The notes beneath the pieces are model-generated. The model did not search any database, had not been told where the DNA came from, and saw only the letters and a program-made list of their open reading frames with translations. The position numbers and the translations under genes are program-made. A stretch of 64,000 bases of DNA from the human T2T-CHM13v2.0 reference genome, Homo sapiens: the NCBI RefSeq assembly GCF_009914755.1, contig NC_060927.1. One strand, 5' to 3'. Positions 15,047 to 27,962 of this stretch are shown piece after piece (the stretch's first letter is position 1; each line of letters starts with the position of its first letter).

Positions 15047-15375
15047 TTCATGTCCTTTGTAGGGACATGGATGAAGCTGGAAACCATCATTCTGAGCAAA
15101 CTATCGCAAGGACAGAAAACCAAACACCGCATGTTCTCACTCATAGGTGGGAATTAAACAATGAGAACACTTGGACACAGGATGGGGAACATCACACACC
15201 GAGGCCTGTCGTGGGGTGGGGGGAGAGGGGAGGGATAGCATTAGGAGATATACCTAATGTAAATGATGAGTTAATGGGTGCAGCAAACAAACATGGCACA
15301 TGTATACATATGTAACAAACCTGCACGTTGTGCACATGTACCCTAGAACTTAAAGTATAATTAAAAAAAAAAAAA
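15047..15375 (+). mobile_element. 5'-truncated L1PA 3' end with poly(A)
   Basis: Primate L1 3' UTR ending ccctagaacttaaagtataat plus poly(A). TSD AAGCCAGCAGTCT at 14973-14985 and 15376-15388. Confidence 0.95.
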
Positions 15376-16289
15376 AAGCCAGCAGTCTGTTCTTATGTCA
15401 TGAATTCAGCCTGAGTGAAGAAACCAGCCCTACCTGAAATGGTTGTCTTCATACAATGCACCCTTAGTGGTGAGTTATCTGTTGAACATAATCCCCAGCC
15501 ATGCCCTAGGGAATGGAGAGCTGGTGCCAAATTCTCCCTTCAGAAGCACGTGTGTGACTCTGAACTGCATATTAGGGTGAGTTGTGGATAGTTGGGTGTG
15601 TAGAGAAGGAAGGTAGGTGAAATCTGTCAGCAACCATTGCATCAGAAGTTTTATGGGTTTTCCTATACTCAGACTTCCCATATTTGGGATTGCTGAATTG
15701 CTTCAGCTTATTTCAATGATCAGGCTAGATCTGTGGGTCTCAGCCAAAAGCATAGGGGACATCATCACTGCAGTGCCAGGAGAAACAGACTTTAATGAAC
15801 TTCAGGGACAACCCCACGAGGAAGCATGACTCTTCCTCAAAAGGCCTTAGGGTGTTTGCAAAATCCAAAAATAAGGGGGCGGACAATGAGCTGTGGATCA
15901 TTCTAAAGGCAAGCAAGGGCAAAGTTGAAAAAAATGTTAAAATTCCCTTGCAAGAGAGTTTAACACCCCAGACACAGGCTGCGACAATGAGCAAGGAAGA
16001 TGGTTATTCCTGTGGGATAAGGCTATACATTTTAGTGTTCCAGAGCAGCTCTAGAAGGAAGAGTTCCCACAGGTGAGGGAAGACCAGGTGAAACTGTTCC
16101 TGTAAGGACAAGGCAGACCTAGCTGCTCTTTGCCCTCTCTGATCTAGAGTGAAATCTCACCTCCTCTTCCCCAGACTCACACTGAAAGGAAGCGTTAAGA
16201 CTTTCCCAAGGGCAGAAACCAAGAAGGATCCACTTAAACAACAACATAGAACACAAAAATCTTGAGTTTCAAAATAAAGACAGAGCAAT

Positions 16290-16850
16290 TTTGAGTCTTA
16301 GTTTCTCTCCAGCTAGTGAAGTGACTTTGGGCAAGTCACTGAATCCTTAGTCTCCATTTTCTCAGCTGTAAGAGAGAGTAATATCTTCCACAAGATGTTG
16401 TTGTGAGGATCAAATTAGATCAGATATGTAAACACACACTCTTTAAAGTGTTCCTAATGAAAAAAAAATGCTCTTTCCTTCTTACTTAGCCAATCTTTTT
16501 TCCTATTTTAGTGTTTATAAATACTGAATGAGGACTGGATCAAGGGAAGAAAGGCAGTAGCGACAAGCAAGTCACAAAAATCGAGAGCTTCCCCTAAGAA
16601 GTGTTTGAATTGCCTTTCCTTTGGGGCAAAGGAAAGAATGGATAAAATTAGTAACTCATGAAACTCCCTCTGTACCAGGCATTTAGCATACATTATCTCA
16701 TTTGATCTTCCCTCAAACCCCTTTTAATTGGCATACATACCCATTATTATTTTACAAATGAGGAAACTGAGGCTCAAAGAAGGTAAGTCATTTTCTCAGG
16801 ATCACACAGTTAGCAAGTGGAGAAGTTATGATTCCTAACCAACCCCAAGC
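16290..16850. mobile_element. Two MIR fragments in opposite orientation
   Basis: gtgactttgggcaagtcact near 16320 and ttttacaaatgaggaaactgaggctca near 16750. Confidence 0.7.
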
Positions 16851-19800
16851 ATGTTTCAATATGCTGTCACAAGCAACTTAGAGTTCCTTTGAGATGACAA
16901 GGCAAACTTATAATGCGATGTTCCAAGATATTGCCAAGGAGTGGAAAGTGGGGTCCAATTTGGGATCATATGGTAGTTTTATTTTTAATGTTTTTGAGGA
17001 ACCTCCATACTGCTTTCCATAGTGGCTGTACTAATTTATATTCCCACCAACAGTGTATTCCTTAATTAATTTATTTTAATTATTTATGCTTCCGGGTAAT
17101 ATTTTAAGTTTGAAAATCAATGATCTAAGTACATATCCCTGCCTTTTGTAGAAGAAAAGCCAAGCCCAGGGAGGAAAAGAAATTGCTTAAAGTTACAAAA
17201 CTGTTTAGCCTAGAGCACAAACTAAAAGTTGTGTCTCTAGTCTAGGGTCATTCTCCTAGTTAGATGAGACTTGTCTTAAGACTACAGCAAATCCAAGTCT
17301 CAAGGTGTTATCTTGTTCTGAAGTAAAGTTTTATATTTTAAGGACCTACTGAGCTGGAATGTTAATCAGATGCCTAAATTTCCCCTAAAGCAGGATCCGT
17401 AGCAATGGACCCAGCCTCAATTTCTCTGCTATTTGAGCTGACCTATCGTATTGTTAGATAGTTCTGTTTAGAAAGCGCTTCCTTATATTGAACCTTATTT
17501 TGCCTTCCTGAAATTTTCTCCCCCTTTATTACCTCTAATTCATCCTTTCCAGAAGAATCATTCAAGTTTTTCCATGAGCTCTTTCTGATCCAAGATGAAT
17601 ATTTACAAAAGCCTTCATTCCTCTTTGTAAAGGTATAGTTTTGTTACTTCTCCAACCTAGTCAAATTACTCCAAAAATGTTCCAGGATGTTTGCTTTTCT
17701 TGAAAGCCATGGCAGCTAGAACTGTACCCTTGGTATGGTTTCTTGGTTTGGAACACGATACTCCTCTGTTTGGAAACACCCTGTCATGAACGTAGCCTAC
17801 ATTTGTACTATTCATTTCAAATAGCCACACTACTTGACGACGACAACAACAACAACAAAAGTCCTATGTCTTTAACTTGTGCCTCTGCTAATCACATCAC
17901 CCTTACTTTGTGCTTTTTCACTTCTATGTATGGTCCTAATGCAGAGCAGTTTAGTTTTCCCTTTTCAGTTTTGCAATATTTGATGTGGTTCGCTTTCCAA
18001 TCTAGAAAATGATCCTTTGCACCCTCAGTGTGTCATCCTCTGTGTCAACCTCTGTGTATCTCTGAGATTATTTTTAGTAACTTTACCAATTTATCTCTCT
18101 CTTCTCTTTCTAGTCATTAGTAAGCAGCAAAACTTTCATTTTAGATAATTAGCACCACAGGGAGAGGAGATAGGCATAAAATAGTGGATGTGAAATTGAG
18201 CTTTCCTCCTGCCAAAATAGAGCTCTCACCAACTGCTTTTTTGTTCTTGCTGCTTTGATGAATCGACTGATTCATTAACTTATTTAAGATATGAGGAATT
18301 GAACCTTTCACTTTTTTCCTGCTACCTAATTTTCACTTCATCTGCATTAATAATAATAACTGCGTTGTGACCACCTGGAAATCATTGTACATCCAAATAA
18401 TTGTCATCTCCTCTCTAGCCAATTTTGTAATTCAAGTTCCTTCTCTGGGAGAATTCAAGGAACTTCATTTCAGAGACTGTGCTGTCTTTAAATATTTTAA
18501 GGAATATCAAGGGTAAGAGGAATTAACATGAGGCCCCAAGAGGGAGAATTAAACATTTCATTGGGTAGAAATTGTAGTGAGTCATATTTTACTTTAATGT
18601 AGAGAGAAGAACTCTGTTAGAATCAATGCCATTTGGAAATAGAACTGGCCATCTTGTGAGGAAATGAGTTCCCTATCAAAGACAATGTTCAGGCAAAAGT
18701 TAGATATTACTTCAAGGGGCTGTGGAAGACTGCATCAGACAGAACATTTGATAACCTTTCTTATAAGATCCTCATCAGTCTGAGATTTCAGTACTCTGTA
18801 AAGACAGAACAACTGGAGAGGGTAAGAGAGAATACCTTTAAATATTTTAGCACCAGGGAAACATGCCTTTCTACCTTTTTAAGTTTCTTATATTTGTGGT
18901 AGTAAAATTCTAAGCTCAGAGTCTGTGCCTGATAAATTCTCTCTGAAGAGTTACAGGCAAAATGCCCAGTTTTGCCTTACAAGCCATGTAAATCCAGTAA
19001 TAGGAAATTATGTACATTGAATTCCCCTTCCACCTTCCAAATGCCTAGGGCTGGTAAAAGGGCAGTAGAAACTAAGTGGGAGGAAGCTGGGTTTTACAAC
19101 TTAAGATACGTTAGGTTGGTTGGTTGGATTTTTAGTAGTTTGAAGCTACTAATTTTTTTTCACACTCAGTATGTGTCCAGAGTTAACAAGAGAGATATTA
19201 TTATCACTGAAACTCAAGAAAAAAGGCTGATGAAGGCTGCATTTGGATACATGATTCCATGATTGCAGAAGAAAAAAGAACACTGTGAATCACGTCCTGA
19301 CTCTTGAAACTTCTATCCAGATTCTGGGAAGATAGTAGTGGTGTCATGCCACTTGGTTTTGTAATTCTCTGCCTTTTTCCCTAAGGGATTATTACTAAGC
19401 ACCCTAGTGATAATTCCTTTTATATTTCAAGAGAAATATTTTCAAAAAAATTTCTTCTGTGACTCAGCATGATAAAACAACATCAGCCGGCACTATGCAT
19501 TTTCAGTTCTCCCGAATCTTGGAATTGAGAGAGAAACAGCTAATTCTCTCCATAGGTTTTCGGTTATGAATTCTGTATCCAAGAAAGCTAGATCTGGAAA
19601 GATCCTTAGAGATCATCGATCCTCTCATTTTGTAAATGTGGAAACAAGGTCAGCAAAAAGGACTGGCAGTTCAATAGCATGTGGTGATTCAGCAATACAG
19701 CCTTCAATGACATAGATCATACAATGCTCTTTTTCAGTGATCTTTCTAAACCATGTGTTATCCCTTCCCAGAACTATTGGCAGGTGTGGTTTTATAATGT

Positions 19801-20779
19801 GCACTGCCTGGTATATAAATATGTATTACCTCAGAATTAGCTGAAATCAATCAGGCAAGTCACCAGTATGAAAAGCTATCCACAAGACCTCTTTTTATTT
19901 TGATAGGGTGGGGATTAGAAGCTAAAGAACAGAAGGACATCAGACACTTGAGTGGAAGGAGATATAGCCATTAATGTTGAAAAGAGATCAGAAAAAAGAA
20001 AGCCAAGAGGAGAGAACAAGTTGAACAGGAATATAGTATCAGTTCTATTGATTGTGGGTGCCAGTGGCAGCTATGCACAATGGTATCTGCCAAGTGCAGA
20101 CATGCGGCTTCACTGGAATACTGACACAGAGCAGAGTGACACATGGTAGCATGCTTTGCAAGTTTATGAGTTATTGTCAATGCTTCCAACTTGATTATAA
20201 GGGACCTTTGTTCCAAAGGTTGTGTTAATTGAGGTATCACTGTAATGTTACACATGGCTTATATAAGATGTTGATAAAATTAGAAAGTAGGGTACTGAGA
20301 TGTCTGGTTCCTCACCCACCTAGCCCTCCAAATCCCGCAGGTGGGCTCATTGAACTCTCTCTGGAGGTGAACACTATCGTAAAGTCTGCATCCAAAATCC
20401 ATTCACTTTTTCATTTATTCATACATTCGTTTTCATTCAACAAACACAAGGATACCTGTGTTAGCAAGCCAGTTGCATCCACTAACACATAAAAGTCTTA
20501 CAACAGCATGCAATAAGTTTGACCAGACCTCTTATATATGATCTTTTTATTAGCAATATTGAGGCCAGTCTATCAACAAACATGTTTCTAGATTTATCAG
20601 GTTAGTGTTTTTATATATATATATGTATCTAAAACACATTTCCATGATGCCTAAATGCCTTCATATATTGTTGTTAAAATTAAATGCATAACAAAATAAA
20701 TATGCATTTCAAATGATTATATTTTATTGATTTTGCAAAGCTATAAGAATGAAAATACGACTCAAGGAAAACATAGCAG

Positions 20780-23700
20780 AGAGGAAAGTAACATCAGCAA
20801 TATGGTGGTATAAGAGTCTCCAGCATATATCCTTTCAAAGAAAAATGAATTTAAAAACCATCCAGTCATAAAAATAACTTCACAACAGATAAGGACTCCA
20901 GATGAGAGATTGCGGTGCCTAGGTGGAGCACAGAAATGATAAAAGATACATTGAAGAGGTTATAAAGGACAGTTTCACACTACCCATGTCAGCCTCCTGC
21001 AAGCTCCTGGAGTGCACTGTGGAGAGAGATACCTTCAAGGTAGAGGAAGGAGAGTAAAGTCAACATTTGGTTTTGCCATGGACATACTCCATTAACTCTA
21101 GTGCCAGACTGGCTCCTGCAAACCGCAGCTCCAGGCCCGCCCTAGTGCCAGGCCATCCTCACTGGAACAAAGCACCAGCCAAGCCCTTGTGAACCCAGAA
21201 ACCAGGTTTGCCTGCCAACTGACCCAGGATTCAGGTCAGCCCACCTGAGGACTGAAACAGCATGTCTACCCACAGACCCAACGAGCTGCTCACACAAAAT
21301 TAAGCCAGCTGACTGGTAAAGGGCTTTCCTTACCAAAATCAGTCTGTAAAGATTAGAAGAGGTGCTTACTTCTTAAAATACACAGACACCAATGAAAGAT
21401 ATCCAAAAAAATCTAGAGAAAGGAATCAAAGCAAACCACTACAAAAAAAAAAAAGATCATCAACACACACCAAAAAAAGAAAAAAGAGAACTACTGAGTA
21501 TATAGAAAATGATTAACCAAATGACAATAGTAATTCCTTCCTGTCAATAATACTTTAAACATAAATGGGTTTAATTCTCCAATCAAAGACATGGAATGGC
21601 AAACGTGACTAAAAAAAGAGAGAGAGAGATATCAAAATGTATGCTTCCTACAAGAGACTCACTTTAGCTTTAAAGACACACATAGGTTGAAAGTGAAGAG
21701 ATGGGAAAAGATATGCCACATAAATGGTAACTACAAGAGAGCAGGGGTGACTATACTTACACAGACTTTAAGTCAAAAACTGTCACAAGAGGCAAAGAAG
21801 GTCATTATATAATGATAAAAGAATCAGTTCATCATGAGGATATAACAATTGTAAATATGCATGAACCCAATATTGGGGTACCTAAATATACTGAGCAAAT
21901 ATTACAGAAATGAAGAGAAAAGTAAACAGCAACAGAGTAATAGTAGAGGACTTATATAACCCCACTTTAAACAACGGATATGTCATCCAGACCGAAAACC
22001 AAAAATGATACAGCAGAATTAAACAACACTGTGACCAAATGAACCTGATAGACATATGCATAACACTTCAGCTAACAGCAGCAAAACATACATTTTTTCA
22101 AGAACATATGAAGCATTCTTCAGAATTCTTTATATATTAGCCCACAAAATAAGTCTTGACAAATTTGAGAAGATTAAAATCATCTCAAATACCTTTTCCC
22201 TACCACAATGGTATGAAACCCAAAGAAATACTAGGAAAAAAACAGAAAAAAGTCACAAATATGTAGAAATTGGGCATCCTATTCTTGAACAACCAATGGG
22301 GAAAAGGGAAATCAAAATATATCTTGAGACAAATGAAAGAAAAAAATATACCAAAATTCACTGGCTACAGCAAAAATATTTCTAAGTAAGAAGTTTATAG
22401 CAATAAATGCCTACTTGAAGAAAGAAGAAAAATCTCAAATCAACAACCCAATTTTACACTTCAAGGATCTAGGAAAAGGAGAACAAAGAAAGCCCAAACA
22501 TAGTAGAAGGAAAGAAATAACACAAATAAGAGCAGAAATAACAGCAGAGACTAAGAAAACCCTATAGAAGAGATCAATGAAAGTAAGAGTTAGTTTTGCA
22601 AAGATAAACAAAATTGACAAACATTTACCCAGACTAAGAAAAAATGAGAGGGCTCAAATAAAATTATAAATGAAAAAGAGGACATTACAATTGATATGAC
22701 AGAAATACAAAGGATCACTAAAGACTTTTATGAACCATCATTTGCCAACAAATTGGGCAACCTAGAAAAAAATGGATAAATTTCTAAAAATACACAACTT
22801 AACAATACTAAGTTATGAAGAAATAGGAAATCTGAATAGGCCAACAATGAGTAAAGAGATTTAATCAGTAAACTAAAACCTCCTAGCAAAGAAAATCCTA
22901 TGACCTAATGCCTTCACTGGTGAATTCTAACAAACATTTATAAAGAATTAACACCATTTCTTGTCAAACTCTTCTAAAAAAATTAAAGAGGAGGGAACAC
23001 TTCCAAAGGTATTTTATGAGGCCAGCATTACCTTGATAGCAAAGTCAGACAAGCATAATAAAAGAAAGGAAATTAGCCAATATTCCTAATTTACATATAT
23101 ACAAAAACCCTTCACAAACTACTAGCAGACAAAATTCAATAGAACATTAAAAGGTCCATACAGCACAATCAAGATTTTTTCCAGGAATGCAAAGATGGCT
23201 CAAAACATGCAAATCAATAAATGTGATATATCACATTAACAGAATGAAGGATAAAATTACGTGATCATCTCCATAGATCCAGAAAAAGCATTTGACAATA
23301 TACAACATCATTTAATGGTAAACATTTCAACAAATCAGATATAGAAAGAATGTAGCTCACACAATGAAGGCCATATACAATAAGCCATAGCTAACATCAT
23401 ACTCAGTGGTGAAAAGCTGAAAGCTTTTCTTCCCAGATTAGCAAAGAAGAATGCTGACTCTCACCATTTATATTTAATATAATTCTGGAACTCCTAGCCA
23501 CAGCAATTAGCCAAGAAAAATAAATTGGCATCCGAATCAGAAAGGAAGAGATGCAATGTTGTCTGTTTGCAGATACATTATGTATATTAAAAAAAAAACA
23601 CTAAAGACACTACCAAAAAAAAACCCGTTAGAATTAATAAATTCAGTAAAGTTGTAAGATACAAAATCCATCTACATTAATTAGTTAAGTTTCTATATAC

Positions 23701-25620
23701 TAACAACGAACTATCAAAAAGCAAATTAAGAAAACAATTCTACTTAGCCTAAAAAAATACTGAAGAATGAATTTAGTCAATATGGTAGAAGACCTGAAAA
23801 CTGAAAACAAAAAATTGATTTTAAAATGAAAGAAGACACAAATACATGAAAAGACTTACTGTATGCATGGATTCAAAGAACTAATATTGTTTAAATGCCC
23901 ACACTACTCAAAGCAACATACAGAGTCAATGCAATCTCTAACAAAATTCCAATGCCATCTTTTACAGAAATAAGAAAAAAAAATTTAAAATCATATGGAA
24001 CCACAAAGCACCAAATAACCAGCAACCTTGAGCAGAATAAACAAAGCTAGAGGTGTCATAATACCTGATCTCAAAATATATCAGAAAGCTACTTTAATAA
24101 AAACAGCATGGTACTGGCATAAACACTGACATTATAGACCAATGGAACAAAATAGAAAGCTTTGAAATAAATCCAGGTATTTATGGTTTATTGGCCTTCC
24201 ATAAAGGTACTAAGAAATACAATGAGTAACAGATAGTCCTTTTAATAAATGCTACAAGGAAAAATAAATATCCACACGCAGAAAAATAAAATTGGACCCT
24301 TGTCTACCACAATACACAAAAATCAACTCAAAATGGATTAGAGACTTAAACATAAGGCCTGAAGCTGTAAAACTATTGGAGGAAAACATAGAGAAAAAGC
24401 TTCTTGACATTGGTGTGGGAAATTATATTTTGGATATAACTCCTAAAGTTCAGCCAACAAAAGCAAAATAGACAAGTGGGATTGCATCACACTAGAAAAC
24501 TATTGCACAGTAAAGGAAACAATCAACACAGTGAAAAGATAATTTACATAATAGGAGGAAATACTTTCAAACCATTTATCTGATAAGGGGTTTTATGCAA
24601 AATATATAAAGAACTGAAACAAGTCAATAGCAACAAAACAAATAACCTGATTTAAAAATGGGCAAAGGACCTGAATAGAAGACATACAAATGATCAGTAG
24701 TTATAAGAAAAAATGCTCAACATCACTAATCCTCAGGGAAATGCAAAGCGAAACCACAATAAGATTATCTCACAGCTGATAAAATAGTTATTATCAAAAA
24801 TACAATAGATAATAAGTGTCAGGGAGGATGTCAAGAAAAGGTAACCCTTGTACACTGTTGGTGGAAATGTCAATTTGGATAGCCATTATGGAAAACAGTA
24901 TAAAGGTTCATACAAAAATAAAAAATATAACTACTGTATGTCCAGCAACTCCACTACTGTATATATATCCAAAAAAAAAAATTAGTAACTTGAAGAGGTA
25001 TTTGCACTCCTATGTTCATTGTAGCATTATTCACAATAGCCAAGGTATGGAATAAAGTGTCCATCAACAAATGAATGGATAAAGATTATGTGGTATACAC
25101 ACACAGTGGACTTTAAAAAGGAAAAAAAATGCTATCATTTGTGGCAACATGGATGATCCTAGAGGAAATTATGCTAAGTGAAATAAGCCAGGCACAGAAA
25201 GACAAATACTGCACAATCTCACTTAAATGTGGAATTTTTAAAAGTTGAATTCATAGAAGCAGAGAGTACAATGGTGATTGCCAGGGTCTGGTGGTGGGGA
25301 GCAGGGGTGGAGAATGAGAGATGTGGCTCAAAGGGTACAAAATTTCAGTTATGCAGGATGAATAAATCCTGGAGATCTATATAGCACGGTGACTATAGTT
25401 AACAATAATACTTGAAGTGTGCTAAAAGAGTAGATCTTAAATGTTCTCAACACACAAACATATACAATGTTGTGTTGTTGGATTTGAGTTGATGGATATA
25501 TTAATTAGCTTGATTGTGGTAATCATTTCACAGTATATATGCATATTAAAACATCATGTTGTATGCCTTAAATACACACAACTTGTATTTGCCAGTTACA
25601 TCTTAATAAAGAGAAAAAAA
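20780..25620 (+). mobile_element. Old L1 (L1MA8/9-like): 5' UTR piece, decayed ORF2, 3' UTR
   Basis: Endonuclease start (tttaaacataaatgggtttaattctccaatcaaa), RT motif region (atctccatagatccagaaaaagcatttgac) and an L1MA-type 3' UTR with A-rich tail; many stops and frameshifts. Confidence 0.9.
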
Positions 25621-26666
25621 GAGAAAAGCAGAAGCTTATATTATACTTTATGTTTCATTAAATGTTTGACTATCGTCAGCTGGTGTTAATGCAAACTAAT
25701 ATTATGTGTATATTACCGTTATTATGTAATGATATCACTCTAACTTTTAATATATAAGAAATTACTTCAGCATTTTAGATAAAACCTCTAGAGAAAGTCT
25801 CATGTAAAATATTTTCATTTAAAATCTCATTGTATGAAAAGGTATCTTTCTGTGTAACTGGCATATACTCTTTCCTTTTTGATAACAAAGTTTATCTATT
25901 GGATCGTATTTCCTATTGTGCCTAGACTGCCTAGAAACTCAGATTTAAACTGAAGTTCAGTCACAGAACCATATGGTTTGTATGGTTTGCTTAGTTCTCT
26001 TTTGCTTAATATCGAATGTTTAATTTCTTTTTGGTAAACAAATCTCACAAACAGCCCTTTTTATTAGCTGCCTCAATCTACTTTATTAAAATGGAAAATA
26101 TGTTAAGTCATATATAGATTATAAATAAATTATATGTAGATTATTAAATCAACATTTATTTACATATTTAAACTTACCTAATCAACTTTGAATTTCAGCC
26201 ATGAGAGAATAGTTTTTATTGTAGTAACCTTCCTGCTGAAGACAATTATAACTATTAAAACTATGTCTATAAAGCAAGTATTTAAAGGCCTATAAGAGCA
26301 AATAATGTAGGCCTGATTTGAGAACTATGAACTTGGAAATAATAAAAGTACAAATACTGAGCTCCAAATTTACCCTGGCATTTTACCTGGAAGAATTTTC
26401 CAGTTTTCATAGTACAGTATCTGAAAGTGGATGGTAAAGTACCCAAGTAGAAAGCACATTACTAGGTAGAGAAGACAGAGGTTGGAGGTTGTGGTTGCCC
26501 AAGTGGCTAGGGCACAAGGTACGAGATCCCAGAGAAGTCAAAACTTCCCAAATAAACTCCAACATCTTTGTAAATATTTCTTAGAGTCACTGTCCAGTGC
26601 CAGTTTGGGCATATCCAGGACTAGAAATCCATAAGAAAACAGTAGATTGGAAACTGAAAACACTAT

Positions 26667-27885
26667 TGAGAGGTGACAGCGTGCTGGCAGTCCTCACAGC
26701 CCTCGCTCGCTCTGGGCGCCTCCTCTGCCTGGGCTCCCACTTTGGTGGCACTTGAGGAGCCCTTCAGCCCACTGCTGCACTGTGGGAGCCTCTTCTGGGC
26801 TGGCCAAGGCCGGAGCCCGCTCCCTCAGCTTGCAGGGAGGTGTGGAAAGAGAGGTGGGAGCGGGAACTGGGGCTGCGCGCGGCGCTTCCGGGCCAGCTGG
26901 AGTTCCGGGTGGGCGTGGGCTTGGCGGGCTCTGCACTCGGAACAGCCGGCCGGCCCCGCCGGCCCCAGGCAATGAGGGGCTTAGCACCCGGGCCAGCAGC
27001 TGTGGAGGGTGTACTGGGTCCCCCAGCAGTGCCAGCCCACCAGCGCTGCGCTCGATTTCTCACCGGGCCTTAGCTGCCTTCCCGTGGGGCAGGGCTCGGG
27101 ACCTGCAGCCCGCCATGCCTGAGCCTCCCACCCGCTCTGTGGGCTCCTGTGTGGCCGGAGCCTCCTCGACAAGCGCCACCCCCTGCTCCACGGCGCCCAG
27201 TCCCATCGACCACCCAAGGGCTGAAGAGTGCAGGCGCATGGCGCGGGACTGGCAGGCAGCTCCATCTGCAGCCCCGGTGGGAGATCCACTGGGCGAAGCC
27301 AGCTGGCCTCCTGAGTCTGGTGGGGACGTGGAGAATCTTTATGTCTAGCTCAGGGATTGTAAATACACCAATCAGTGCCCTGTCAAAACAGACCACTCGG
27401 CTCTACCAATCAGCAGGAAGTGGGTGGGGCCAGATAAGAGAATAAAAGCAGGCTGCCCCAGCCAGCAGTGGCAACCCGCTGGGGTCACCTTCCACACTGT
27501 GGAAGCTTTGTTCTTTTGCTCTTTGCAGTAAATCTTGCTACTGCTCACTCTTTGGGTGCACACTGCTTTTATGAGCTGTAACACTCACCGTGAAGGTCTG
27601 CAGCTTCACTCCTGAAGCCAGCGAGACCAGGAGTCCACTGGGAGGAACGAACAACTCCAGACGCACCGCCTTAAGAACTGTAACACTCACTGCGAAGGTC
27701 TGCAGCTTCACTCCTGAGCCAGCGAGACCACGAACCCACCGTAAGGAAGAAACTCCGAACACATCCGAACATCAGAAGGAACAAACTCCAGACGCGCCAC
27801 CTTAAGAGCTGTAACACTCACCGCCAGGGTCCGCGGCTTCATTCTTGAAGTCAGAGAGACCAAGAACCCACCAATTCCGGACACC
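26667..27885 (+). mobile_element. ERV9 solo LTR (LTR12C)
   Basis: Starts TGAGAGGTGACAGCGTGCTGGCAGTCC and ends CCAATTCCGGACAC(C). CpG-rich U3, three ~100-bp repeats at 27573-27885, TSD CTAT at 26663-26666 and 27886-27889. Confidence 0.96.
27340..27475 (+). promoter_or_regulatory. LTR12C core promoter (GTAp63 promoter)
   Basis: CCAAT at 27368 and 27406, GGGTGGGG at 27422, AGATAA at 27432, TATA-equivalent AATAAA at 27441-27446. The TSS is inferred near 27470. Confidence 0.82.
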
Positions 27886-27906
27886 CTATCAGAGATTTTG
27901 AAAACT

Positions 27907-27962
27907 ATGAAGTGCTGGGAACAGAGAGACTGGACAGCCTTCACAAAGGTGGGGAAACCTTG
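27907..27962 (+). CDS. TP63: Alternative upstream first coding exon of TP63 (GTAp63 N-terminus MKCWEQRDWTAFTKVGKP-C, phase 2)
   Basis: aaaactATG (A at -3) lies 21 nt after the LTR end, followed by 18 codons plus TG and a perfect donor GTAAGT at 27963. The phase equals that of TA exon 1, so it can join exon 2 in frame. Matches the described ERV9-LTR-driven testis isoform. Confidence 0.88.

Noticed and set aside
16847-16870. p53/p63 response element (AAGCATGTTT half-site)
   Set aside because: Only one good half-site; the second decamer does not fit RRRCWWGYYY.
26673-27445. Overlapping ORFs up to 198 aa in LTR12C U3
   Set aside because: Open frames are expected in GC-rich LTR sequence. They lie upstream of the inferred TSS and several begin at non-ATG codons.
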